Of a DNA stretch of 64,000 nucleotides, positions 44,952 to 55,724 are shown piece by piece. The position numbers and the translations under genes were made by a program. How positions within the stretch are numbered: position 1 is the stretch's first letter; the number at the start of each line of letters is the position of its first letter. This DNA is from Azolla caroliniana. Lineage: Eukaryota; Plantae; Polypodiophyta. Below the pieces are notes generated by a model, which was not told the DNA's origin, searched no databases, and was given only the letters and a program-made list of their open reading frames with translations. The DNA lies in the NCBI GenBank assembly GCA_043228905.1, contig JBHGNT010000011.1, positions 20,522,001 through 20,586,000 of the forward strand, read 5' to 3'.

Positions 44952-47900
44952 ATGACGTCGATATATTCTGATGAAAACATTAGGGATCTCAATGAAAGAT
45001 TGGGAGCAGCTGATGAATTGGTGAAGCAACATATCAAAGTGGCAGAAGAAGCAATTTCAGGTGCTAATTCAATTTTACAAGTCCATCATATATCACACCC
45101 CATTTTTTCTAGAAATGATGTATTTCTCTAGACATCATTGTGGCTATCATACAATTTTACCTTTCGGCTTTCAGGATTTTGGGTTTAGTATTATGGTTCT
45201 AGGTTTTAAGAAATGCATATTTTGATTCATAAATGCTGGTTTTCTAGGTTGGGAGAAGGACAAATCTGAGTACATGTCCATAAAAAATCAGTTAGAAGTT
45301 GTACTAGAGCAAAAACAAGCTACAGAGGACATTATTTCTCATTTAGATGGAGCCCTCAAAGTATGCATGCAGGATCTAAGACATCAACGAGAAGAACAAG
45401 AAGAGAAAATCCATGAGGCAATCATCAAGAAGACAAGAGATTGTGAAAATATAAGGCTGGAACTTGAGGAGAAGCTTAGGGATGCTAGTGGTGAACTGGC
45501 AGCAGCAAGGTATGAAAATGCCCAGCTACTCAATATTGTTCGAGAACAATCTGATACCATTTCAGAGATAGAGAGAGCTCGGTCCCAATTTGAAGAATTG
45601 GTGGTAAGGCTACAAGTTCATATTGGAACACTTGAGAAAGAAAATGCATCGTTGAAGTATGAGATAATCACTCTGAACAAGGAGCTTGTGATATGCAATC
45701 AAGAGAAAGAAATCAATAGAAGATCTGGCAAGACATTTAGGAAGCAACACTTGGATGACATTAAGAAGATTGATAAGTTAGACACCGAGTGTCAGAGGCT
45801 AAAGAACTTGGTTCAAAAGAAACTCCCTTGTCCTGGGTCTCTAGTTCAGATGAAGCAAGAAACCAATTGTTTGGATGCTGAAAAGAGTGAGGTAATGAAT
45901 AAAAAATACAGAAGCAATATGGGTTCCCGTCGAGGTGTAAGTTCTCCAAAATCTGTACATTCCGAGTCGTTCTTCAGGTCTGAAAGACTTCTTCAGGACC
46001 AAGGTCTTACCATGGAAGAGATAAAAACATCAAAAGAAGCTTTGGCTAAGAAGTCCAAGGAGCTTCAAGCAGCAAAGCTTGTTAATAGTTGGCCCACTGA
46101 TAAGCTAGCAATGTTTGAGAGACAACCTCAAAGTTCACTCAGGAGGGCATCTTCTTTAATATGTCATGTTAATGATGCGTTAGATTCTCCTATTTCTCGT
46201 GGATATAGGCAAGACCTGAGTCAAGCGTCAATATCAGAAGATGGTCATGATGATGAGAGAAGCATTGCAGATTCATGGGCTTCTATGTTGGTCACTGAGC
46301 TAACAGAATTTCAGAAAGAGAAGGCTGCTCTGGAGCAATCCACTAAGACCAAAGACCTTGTTTGGTTGGATACAACAGATGATTTTGTTGAGATGGAGCG
46401 TCTCGCATCTTTGTCTTCAGCACAAGAAGATCGATCAGATTGTGGAAAAGCAAATCCAATGCCTTCAATAGCTCAAGTCACCAATATCTCGGTAGCTCTT
46501 AAGGATTGCATACCATCTAGTTTTGATACTGGTGAGAAAGCATTCAAAACGAGTCCTGAGCTAATGTCAGCAGTATGTGAACTCATGTGGCTAGTTGAAG
46601 AGATGGCTTTAGAAGCGTTGGCTCAACGCGATACTTGTAGTGTTGCTAAAGATGGTAATCCTAACAATGTAAGCTCTATCTCACCCTTTGAGCTTGGCTT
46701 GAATCCTAAGCACTTTACTTCAGTCGGCTACAAATTTTTGCATGGACAAATGGAGCTTGTACATTTCATAGCTGAGCTTTCCTCAGCATTAAGCCAAATT
46801 AAAACAATAAATATCCGAAACACTAGCATTGTTAGGAAGTTTAAGGAAGCACCATTTTCATTAGGCTTCAGAGAATATACAGGCGGGCAAGAACCACAAG
46901 GATCCACATCAGAGCTTTCATCTGTGTCTGTGCAAGGTACAGTGGAGCCAGATGTTTCAAGTGATGCCACAGTATCACTTTTGACGAATGCCAGTAATTC
47001 TGATTGTTCTGAGCACAATGTTGCTACGAAGTGTTTCATCACTTCAGATGAAAAGGTGGCTAGCTTAAGGGGCCATCAAATCAATGATGAACTTAGGAAG
47101 CTTCGGGCTGAAAAGGCTGCATTAGAGTCACACATGAGAGCTGAGTTTAGTAGAATTGACATGATGGAGCAAATGCTTGTTGAGATCAAACAAGAAAAAT
47201 CAGATCTTCAGGATGTAATAAGACAAGAAAAGGAAAAGGTAGAGGTTGTTAAGAGGGAATTATCCAATGCTGAGCAACTCATTGAAAGCCTACGAAGAAA
47301 ACTTTCATCGGTAGAGTTGTCAAGAGATCTAACACGAGAACGACTTCAATCTAGTGAGGCACTGAATGGAATGCTCGATTCTCTGGTTAAAGAAAGCCAA
47401 TTGGAATCAACCCAAATGGCTGAAAAGATGGAATCCCTTAGATTTGAGACAATCCAAATGACTACCAAGATGAGATCTCTTGAGCAAAGTATCAATGAAG
47501 AGCAAGCAAGAAACAAAGCCCTGGAGGTCAAACTAGAAGAGTTGCAAGAGTCCCTTGACAGGTATGTCTTACATAAATCCATAACTTGGTGTATCTATAT
47601 GCATGTCAATTCTTTGAGATTGGGAAGTCACTATATGCATGCCCTCTATATTGTGTGAAAAATTGATCAAGTTCTATTTAAAACAATTCTTATCCCTGGA
47701 TTCAAATAAAATGCATTTGCTACCATCGAAGATGTCCTGAGACTCGTTACATGGTAACCTTTATGTATGTTTTCAGTAGTATGTTTGATGGGGTGAGTCC
47801 AATTTTGATTCCAGTATTTTTCATAGGGCTAACTCGAACATTTTACAAAATGAGGCGGTCCTTGTTGCTGCGAAAATAGATGAGGTAATCAAATAATGTT

Positions 47901-48574
47901 ATGGTTCTTGTAAGATTTATTTTTATTTAATGGCTTCATGACTTTAATACATGTCTCAAATTTTTGTCACATTATAATACTTGGATGTAAAAGTGCAAAT
48001 GGGATTAATGTAGAAAGATTGACATCAAGGTTATTTCAAATGCTATCAAAATTGTTAGTAATGAAAATCCATCTATTTTAGGAACCTCATTGCTAGCTTT
48101 AGAGAATCAAATTATAGACTAAAAAGAACATTGATAAAGTGTGAGACAATGTGTGAATTATTAAAATATTTAAAAATAAAGCTGTATGATTTATTAAAAT
48201 ATTTCAAAATAAAGCTATTACATATGTGGAACATGGTTCTTAATGGTTTTTGTTTGGAAATGCCATAGGGACACTCAATTGTGAATGGAAGTCTAAAACT
48301 TGGAGACTGCCATGAGACAATTCTTGCTTTAGAAACAGGTTCCACGAAAGATATGTCACCCAAAAATGTGAAGAAAAAAGGGGATGAAGGTGGGGATAGG
48401 AGCATTGCTAGTTTTGGACATGTTGATGTCATTTCTAGTACAATAAGAATCCGAAAGATGAGTGAGGAAGTATTGAGTGATGTGCAAAGCTCACCAAATA
48501 CACCAACACTCTTAAACCCTATTAAGCATAAAAGTAGTTTGATTAAGTTCTTCACCAGGCAAAAGAGAAATTAA
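44952..48574 (+). CDS. FPP: Filament-like plant protein (FPP/DUF869) coiled-coil protein; exons about 44952-45061, 45248-47561, 47827-47884, 48269-48574 (true start may lie further upstream)
   Basis: Family motifs LVKQHIKVAEEAISGWEK, ISHLDGALKVCMQDLR, KLDTECQRLKNLVQKKLP, DSWASMLVTEL, DDFVEMERLA and the C-terminal KLGDCHETILAL. Splice phases are consistent. Confidence 0.9.
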
Positions 48575-51500
48575 ATCCAACTCGTTACACACAACACAAA
48601 AGCAGCACATGCACTTGCACACACACATTACATACATGTGCAAACACAACCAACTATACATGGAAAATCCGTGCCGACAAAAACACACGCCTACCTACCA
48701 AACTAAGATTCTTCTAAATGTTTAAAATACAGAATGTACATATGATAAAACTTGATGTATATCTCTTTCTCAAATAAGTGTTTTTAATGGGGAATGTTAT
48801 TTTATATTGACATTTCATATCCCAGATTTTTGTCTCTTGTATGACATGTTCAAACATCTACAAACAATGTGTACAGTTTTCCATCTGTTGGCTTAATGTA
48901 TCAATGTATCTACAACCTTATGTTTCAAGGAATCTTTGACTCTCCTATTAGTTAAGAACCATGCTTAATAAATTCTTGCTCACAATGTTTTTTAAAATAA
49001 ACCATCTAACCAAAGACTTGCAAAAAGGAGAGATTATGTGAGTCTCTAATAGAATGACAAGATTTGGCAATGTAAAGTATGCCTTGCCTAGAATGATTAG
49101 GGCATTTAAACTACCGAAATTTATATGGATAAACTCTTGTTGTGATTGATAACTTTGTTTGGCACAGTCAGTACCCCATTACAAGAAAAAAACAAGGATT
49201 TTGTGTGAAAGCTCCTCAATGATTTTATAAGCTTTGGAAGCAAACCAATTGGTGTACCTTAATGTGCAATTTTAAAATATTGTTGGGGCAAGGATGTATT
49301 GGTTTGTGAGCATGGGTAAGAGCACGTAACAATATATTTTGATACACAAAAGGAAATAGATTCAAAATTCACTAATCATTTTCTCATAAACCATTGGACG
49401 TAATGCATGTTCATGAGTTTCTATGTTTTATTAATAGAACAAAATTACAAAATAGGATTATGCATAAGCGAAATTCATATGTAACATCAAATGCATATAC
49501 ACTAGCCATACGATATCAACCCATAATGCAACTAAGACATAACAATAGTTTAGAAGTGGATAAGGCTATTTCCTATTTATTTGTTTGTTTAGCATTAAAC
49601 AAGATCATGATAGAAAAAGATTGATACATTGGTGCTAGGATTGGCAAAGTAGCAATGCATATGCACATTTTAACCACGAAAATATGCCCCCTCGATGGAT
49701 CAACACTTACTCGTAAAGTGAAATTAAAATCCCAATTAGGAAATGAACTTCATTTTACATTAAAAACTAGCAACCAATATTGTGTTGACTTAGATAGGGG
49801 CCTTTTCCTCAACAATAAACATCTATAGTCAAGTCCCGTATTCCTAGTTATTGACATAAAGGTAGATCAAAGATTAGACAAATATTGAAGTGCCAACTTG
49901 TGATCATAAGTATAATATTTAGGCTATACACTAGGGTACTAATAGCAATTTGCTTTATAATTGAAGATATTATGCTATAAAACATTCCTTAAACATACAT
50001 AACATGTTTAAATATGAATATGTGAAGTTCACACTATATGAATCGTTCATGTGTAATTTTATGTGCCCTCACCTTTAGAATGTTTTGTTTTTCTATTTCT
50101 TAGTGTCTCTCGATTGAATGTCTCATTCTTTTTCCATCCTTATTGATTTGTTCCTTTGCCATTGTTAGGACATTATTTGTAGGGATACTTTCCCTTCCTT
50201 TTCTTGTTAATGTCTATGTGATGAATAGATTACATAAGATTCTTTAGTTACATGTGTAGCCATGCCCTTTAAACCATTAAATGACTCTAAAAATAGGGCA
50301 TAATATTGTACCACCTCATACCATTGTTGAAGAAAAACCAACATTCAAGTCTACACATTAGTATAACATATCAATCAATATGATACAAACCTTGATTAGT
50401 AAAGGTCTAAACATTGGATAAAAAATATATTTTATTGCATACCTTTAAACCCTTAAAAGGTGGACATATTAAACCAATCTGAATGGAGTTGTTTACGAGA
50501 AAGTTCCTTCATGCCATCGATGGGGAATGTAATCAATGAGACACTACAAGAATCCAACTTATCAAAGGGACCGGAATAAGTTGAATTATACTTGTTCATT
50601 GCCAAGTACAAAGCAATCAATTTTGTGAAATGATATCATACGCCCTATAAGATGTGGTTAAATGGTTTTTTATGTACATTCTGAAACAATCCTCCATTCT
50701 AGGTACACAATTGCATGAGGTGTGTATGCAATTCAATGGAGATAAGAATATTATGAATGGTTTTGAGTCATACCACAATAATGGAAGTCTATCTTTGTTT
50801 TGGGATGCCATAGCCTTGTTTAATGAGCTGAATTCCCCTCATATATAATATATTTATGGTTGTCTAAAGTGGAACATTGTGTTATTATCTTTAATATGCT
50901 CGTCTTTATCATTTGTTCTCAAACACATGACTTCTTTTCTCTTTAGATCTAGTGTTTGAACCATGGCAACACTAGGAAGTTAGAACTTAGGATATGTTAT
51001 CAAGGCATTGTGGTCTAGTATAACTTTATAAGTCTAGGTCATAGCTATAGCAAAAGTACAATTTTTTTCTAAACGGTCGTTGAAAACTTCATGAAGAGGA
51101 ATTTCATAAATATGCAAAAATCCATTGGTGAGTTATGATATGTTACGAAGACACTCTGGCTTAGAATAAGTTTAGCTTGTAGATACAACACATATCCAAT
51201 TTTTTATAAATGTCGGTGGAAAGCTTCATGATTAAGAACTTAATAAATATGTCAAAATTAAATTATATGCGTTCAAAAACAAATTAATACTACTTGGAAA
51301 TTTATTGAGATGACGTTCAACTTGGCTCCAAACCATTAGTGACAATGTAATAGCCACATCCTGGGTCTCACATTGTGTAGTGAACTTGAAACTTATGAGT
51401 TCTAAATATGAAATCTCTTTAAGCTCAACTTATACTCCTAGATAACGAACATCCATTTATTATGGATAGTACAACAAGAAAATATTAAAGCATGACAAGT

Positions 51501-52370
51501 TTCTAAAATCAACGTCCGGAATTACCTAAACAAGTTCTTACCAACATTAATACACGTACATAACCATTCTTCACGAGGATGTTTGATATGAAACATTTGC
51601 TTTTTATCAATCTATGAGGCCAAACTTATATCGAACACCAACTACGATTTTCAAGCTTTAATACTACTTGATTAGCCATGAAAATTTAAGCCTTACAAAA
51701 GTTATTTAAATCTCACAATAAAATATGCATGTGCTCCGTATAATGTACACAAAGACATTGACATGCATGTTCATAAATCCCATGTAAAACCCACATTTGG
51801 TCTTACTGTTTACATATAGTGCTGGATGTCAGTGCATCGTACAATCCCCAAGCTCAAAGAGGCCATTTTTGAAGTGTCTAACTAGCATCTTTTAAGACAC
51901 AAACTAGCAATTAAGGCGTGTTATTGAAATGGCACAAAAAATTACTATATTTTCTATTGATACATTTTATTATTCAAGATAAACCTCAATGTGAGGAAGA
52001 AACCCACAAACGATGATTACAAGGAAATGACCAGCAAGGTGACTAAATGTGTCTTAAGACTACAAACACTCAAAAGAAGAAGGCAGGTACGTGATCATTG
52101 GTATCATCAGAAACTGAAAGGGTGAAGATCTGAATGCCGGACATGAGGTCGGACGTTGACCATAATATAGTTGGAGATGAAGAGTTTTTGATACAACAGG
52201 CTTCCATTATCTCACTTTTCCTTATGAGGTATAGCCGATCCCCGTGGCTCAGGTGATCAAGCATCACATATGGTTTCATACCAGCTCCTACCTTTCATTG
52301 CCATGAAGGAGCAAAGTGAATAGAGATTTTCATGTCAGTTGTAATTAGAGGTGTTATAGCCAAGTATCTT

Positions 52371-55300
52371 TTACATCATGGACTTGATCATCTTTGCATC
52401 ATCATATCGTCCTGCATCTGCGTATATGCTTGACATCAAGATAAATGGCGCACAACCTTGTTCTTTTGGTGTTCTCACAGCACGATCGAATGCCAACCTT
52501 CCAACCTCAATGTTTTTCCATTTCCGACACGCATCTAACACCATACACCACACTACAGAGTTTTCTTGCAAAGAACATGTCTTCTCTATCATCACTACAG
52601 CCTCATGCAATCTGCCTGCCCGCCCCAGAAGATCCACCATGCATGTATAATGCTTGATGGTTGGAATTATGCAAAAATCTTCTATCATCGCCTGAAAGAT
52701 ATTTTCAGCAGTAGTTATCAAGCTGAGGTGAGAGCACACATTGAGAATATTAAGGAATAGGATACCGTCTGGCTGGATACCTTCTGCTCTCATTCTTCTC
52801 AGTGAAGAGAAAACAAGAACAAATTCCATTTGACGTGCATATCCCCTTATTAAAGCATCCCACATGCCTACATTCCGTGGTGTTGTGGCATCAAGAAGTT
52901 CTTGTGCATAGGCCATATCCCCACATTTACCGTACATTTCGATGATAGTGGTGGTTAGGTTGAGTTGATTAAAAACAAGTCCACCATCAACATGACATAT
53001 TTGGGCATGAATTCTTCTCCCAGCATCTAGGCATGAGGTATCACCACATGCCTTCAGAATGCTTAAAAGGATAATATCATTTGGTAGCATTGCTTGTTCT
53101 TGCATTTGTAGAAAACATGCGAAGGCCATTTTGCTTCCTTTTTGGTTATCAGCATATCCCAGTATAACAGAACTCCATGAAATAGCATCTATGGGTAGGC
53201 GCAATATTTGCATTTGTTGGAAAAGGTACAATGCCTTCTCACTAAAACCATGGCTTGCATATGCTGAAATTATTGTATTCCAAGAAACAATGTCACGAGA
53301 TGAATGCTTGTCAAACATCATTTTGGCATCGAGAAGGACTCCACACTTAGCATACATGTCAATCAATATGCTGCTCACAGTTTGATCATGTTCAAAACCC
53401 TTAGCAATTATCTCAGAATGTATTTCTTGACCTCTTTCCATCGCTCCTATTGCCCCACATGCTTTTAAAGCACAAGCAAATACAGTAGCATCTAAAAACA
53501 CCTCTTCTGTTCGCATATATTCCAGAAACTCCAATGCTTCCTCAGCAAATCCATATTCCACGTACCCTGAAATTAATGAACTCCATAACACCGTATCACG
53601 CACTACAAACTTTTCAAATACATGCCGGGCTTCTATCAGTGAACCACAATTTGCATACATATCGACCATTATGCTTCCAATAAAAGAATCTCTTTCAAAG
53701 CCTTTCTTTGCAATCTCAGCATGTAATTCCCTGCCTTTATCCAAAGCTTCAATGCTACTACATGCTTTTAAGGCATTGGAAAATAAGAGTTCACATGGAC
53801 AAATTCCATCTAATTGCATTGCATCAAAGCATACTAACGCTTCATCAGCATGACCATATTCAGTGAGTCCACCAATTAGTGCGGTCCAAGTCACTAAATC
53901 TCGAATTGGCATTTTATTAAATACCTTATGTGCTTCTACAAAAACACCACATTTTGAATACATTGCCACTAATGTGCTACCGACATAATCATCACTTTCA
54001 TAACCTTTTTTCAATATTTCCATGTGGATCTTGCGACCATTATCTAAGTTTTTCATTGTACCGCATGCTTTTAGGGTACAAGCATATGTGGAACAATCCG
54101 CTGATATATCATACTTCTCCATTTCATCCAACAAGTTTAAGGCTTCTTGAAAATGTCCCTGCTCAACACAACCAACTATCATAGAATTGCACGAAATTGT
54201 GTCATGCACTGATAACTGAACAAACAAGTAATGAGATTCTTCAAGTGCACCACATTTTGCATACATATCCACAAGCGTGCTCGAAACAATGTCATCTTGT
54301 TCAAATCCCTTCTTTATCACATCAGTATGTAAGTGTTGGCCATTTGTTATAGATCCTCTACTTCCACAAGCTCTTATGCAGCAAGTATATGTGATATGGT
54401 CTGGACATGTTCCTTGGGATTGCATCCATTCCAGAAACTCCAATGCCTCTCCAGTTAGTCCAACTTCACAATATCCTACCAATAGAGAATTCCATGAAAC
54501 TATATCTCTTGCTAAAATCTTGTCAAACACTTTCCGTGCCTCTTGTAGAGCTGAACATCTAGAGTACATACGAACTAGAGAATTACCCACAAAGGTTTCT
54601 GTCTCGAGCCCCCTTGTGACAATTTCTGTATGTAATTGAAGGGATCTTTCCACACACTTCTGCCTTCCAAAAGCTTTGAGGAGTATCACATATGTATATT
54701 TACTTGGACGGATCTGATCCTGTTGCATTTTATCATACAAACTTAAGGCATGTTGTAGCTGTCCACATTCAATAAACCCTTGAATGAGTGATGTCCAAGA
54801 ATACTCATTGCAATTCATTGACCGAAAGATTGCATGCTCAGCAGAGAATACACCTCCACATTCCACAAACATTGGAACAATGTGGTTAACCAGCCATCTG
54901 TGATTTTCCAGACCATAATTGCATAAATGCAAGTATACATACATCGCATTGTCTAAGTTCTTGCTTTTACTGCACATTTCCAGAGTCCACAACAATGAGT
55001 TCAAGGAAAGAAATTGTTTCGAACCCTGCAATGCATCAAATGCTTCGTCTAAGCTTGAAAACTCAAGAAGAAGACCACTCTTTTGAATTGTGAGAGCATT
55101 GCCAGATATTATAGACATGGTTCGCCGATGTTGTGATGTAGACAAAGTCCCTCCACGTGGTTTACACACGTATCTACCATGGTGTGACGTAGATAGTGTA
55201 TTCTCACATGGCATTGGAATCAATATACCATGCCGTGATTTGAATGATATAGACATAGACATGTCGTGTTGTAATATAGATTGTGGATTCCCACATGGTA

Positions 55301-55724
55301 TAGGCATGGACATACCATGCAGTAATGTGGACAATGCACCTCCTGGTTGTATAGATATAGACATACCATGGTGTGATGTGGATGATAAATCACCATGTGG
55401 CATAGACATGCATCTACCATATTGTGATGTGGTTGGTGCATCCCCTTTTGGTATGCACATGGATTTGGACATATATCTACCATTATGATATGAATATGGT
55501 CCATCTCCAGACATTATAGACGTAGAGATGCCATGTTTTAACGTGGGAACTGCATCGCCACATAGTATAGGCATGTGCCTACCATGTTGTGATGTAGGCG
55601 GTACATCCACACATGGAATAGACATAAAGCTTTTATGAGATGTATGAGATCCACCCCCCGGTGTTATAAGCATGGACCTACCAGGTTGTGATGTAGATGG
55701 TGAATCCCCACATGGAATAGGCAT
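52371..55724 (-). CDS. PLS-class pentatricopeptide repeat protein with E domain and no DYW (organellar RNA-editing factor type), with an N-terminal tandem-repeat extension
   Basis: An intronless 1117-aa ORF with about seven P-L-S triplets (MYxKCG motifs about every 101 aa), followed by HYTCMVDLLGRAGRLHEA and an E domain (W..VLDACR.W.N.EVG...FILMSSIYADAG). Confidence 0.93.
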   Translation of the reverse strand: MPIPCGDSPSTSQPGRSMLITPGGGSHTSHKSFMSIPCVDVPPTSQHGRHMPILCGDAVPTLKHGISTSIMSGDGPYSYHNGRYMSKSMCIPKGDAPTTSQYGRCMSMPHGDLSSTSHHGMSISIQPGGALSTLLHGMSMPIPCGNPQSILQHDMSMSISFKSRHGILIPMPCENTLSTSHHGRYVCKPRGGTLSTSQHRRTMSIISGNALTIQKSGLLLEFSSLDEAFDALQGSKQFLSLNSLLWTLEMCSKSKNLDNAMYVYLHLCNYGLENHRWLVNHIVPMFVECGGVFSAEHAIFRSMNCNEYSWTSLIQGFIECGQLQHALSLYDKMQQDQIRPSKYTYVILLKAFGRQKCVERSLQLHTEIVTRGLETETFVGNSLVRMYSRCSALQEARKVFDKILARDIVSWNSLLVGYCEVGLTGEALEFLEWMQSQGTCPDHITYTCCIRACGSRGSITNGQHLHTDVIKKGFEQDDIVSSTLVDMYAKCGALEESHYLFVQLSVHDTISCNSMIVGCVEQGHFQEALNLLDEMEKYDISADCSTYACTLKACGTMKNLDNGRKIHMEILKKGYESDDYVGSTLVAMYSKCGVFVEAHKVFNKMPIRDLVTWTALIGGLTEYGHADEALVCFDAMQLDGICPCELLFSNALKACSSIEALDKGRELHAEIAKKGFERDSFIGSIMVDMYANCGSLIEARHVFEKFVVRDTVLWSSLISGYVEYGFAEEALEFLEYMRTEEVFLDATVFACALKACGAIGAMERGQEIHSEIIAKGFEHDQTVSSILIDMYAKCGVLLDAKMMFDKHSSRDIVSWNTIISAYASHGFSEKALYLFQQMQILRLPIDAISWSSVILGYADNQKGSKMAFACFLQMQEQAMLPNDIILLSILKACGDTSCLDAGRRIHAQICHVDGGLVFNQLNLTTTIIEMYGKCGDMAYAQELLDATTPRNVGMWDALIRGYARQMEFVLVFSSLRRMRAEGIQPDGILFLNILNVCSHLSLITTAENIFQAMIEDFCIIPTIKHYTCMVDLLGRAGRLHEAVVMIEKTCSLQENSVVWCMVLDACRKWKNIEVGRLAFDRAVRTPKEQGCAPFILMSSIYADAGRYDDAKMIKSMM
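55074..55724 (-). repeat. Coding minisatellite: about 13 degenerate 51-bp (17-aa) units
   Basis: Example units are MPIPCGDSPSTSQPGRS, MSIPCVDVPPTSQHGRH, MCIPKGDAPTTSQYGRC, MSMPHGDLSSTSHHGMS and IPMPCENTLSTSHHGRY. Confidence 0.88.

Noticed and set aside
50654-50848. NGFESYHN as a MULE transposase catalytic-Glu motif
   Set aside because: A single short motif with no other supporting blocks that I could read.
55090-55504. Antisense and alternate-frame ORFs with CDVD-type repeats
   Set aside because: They are by-products of the 51-bp coding repeat of the PPR gene.
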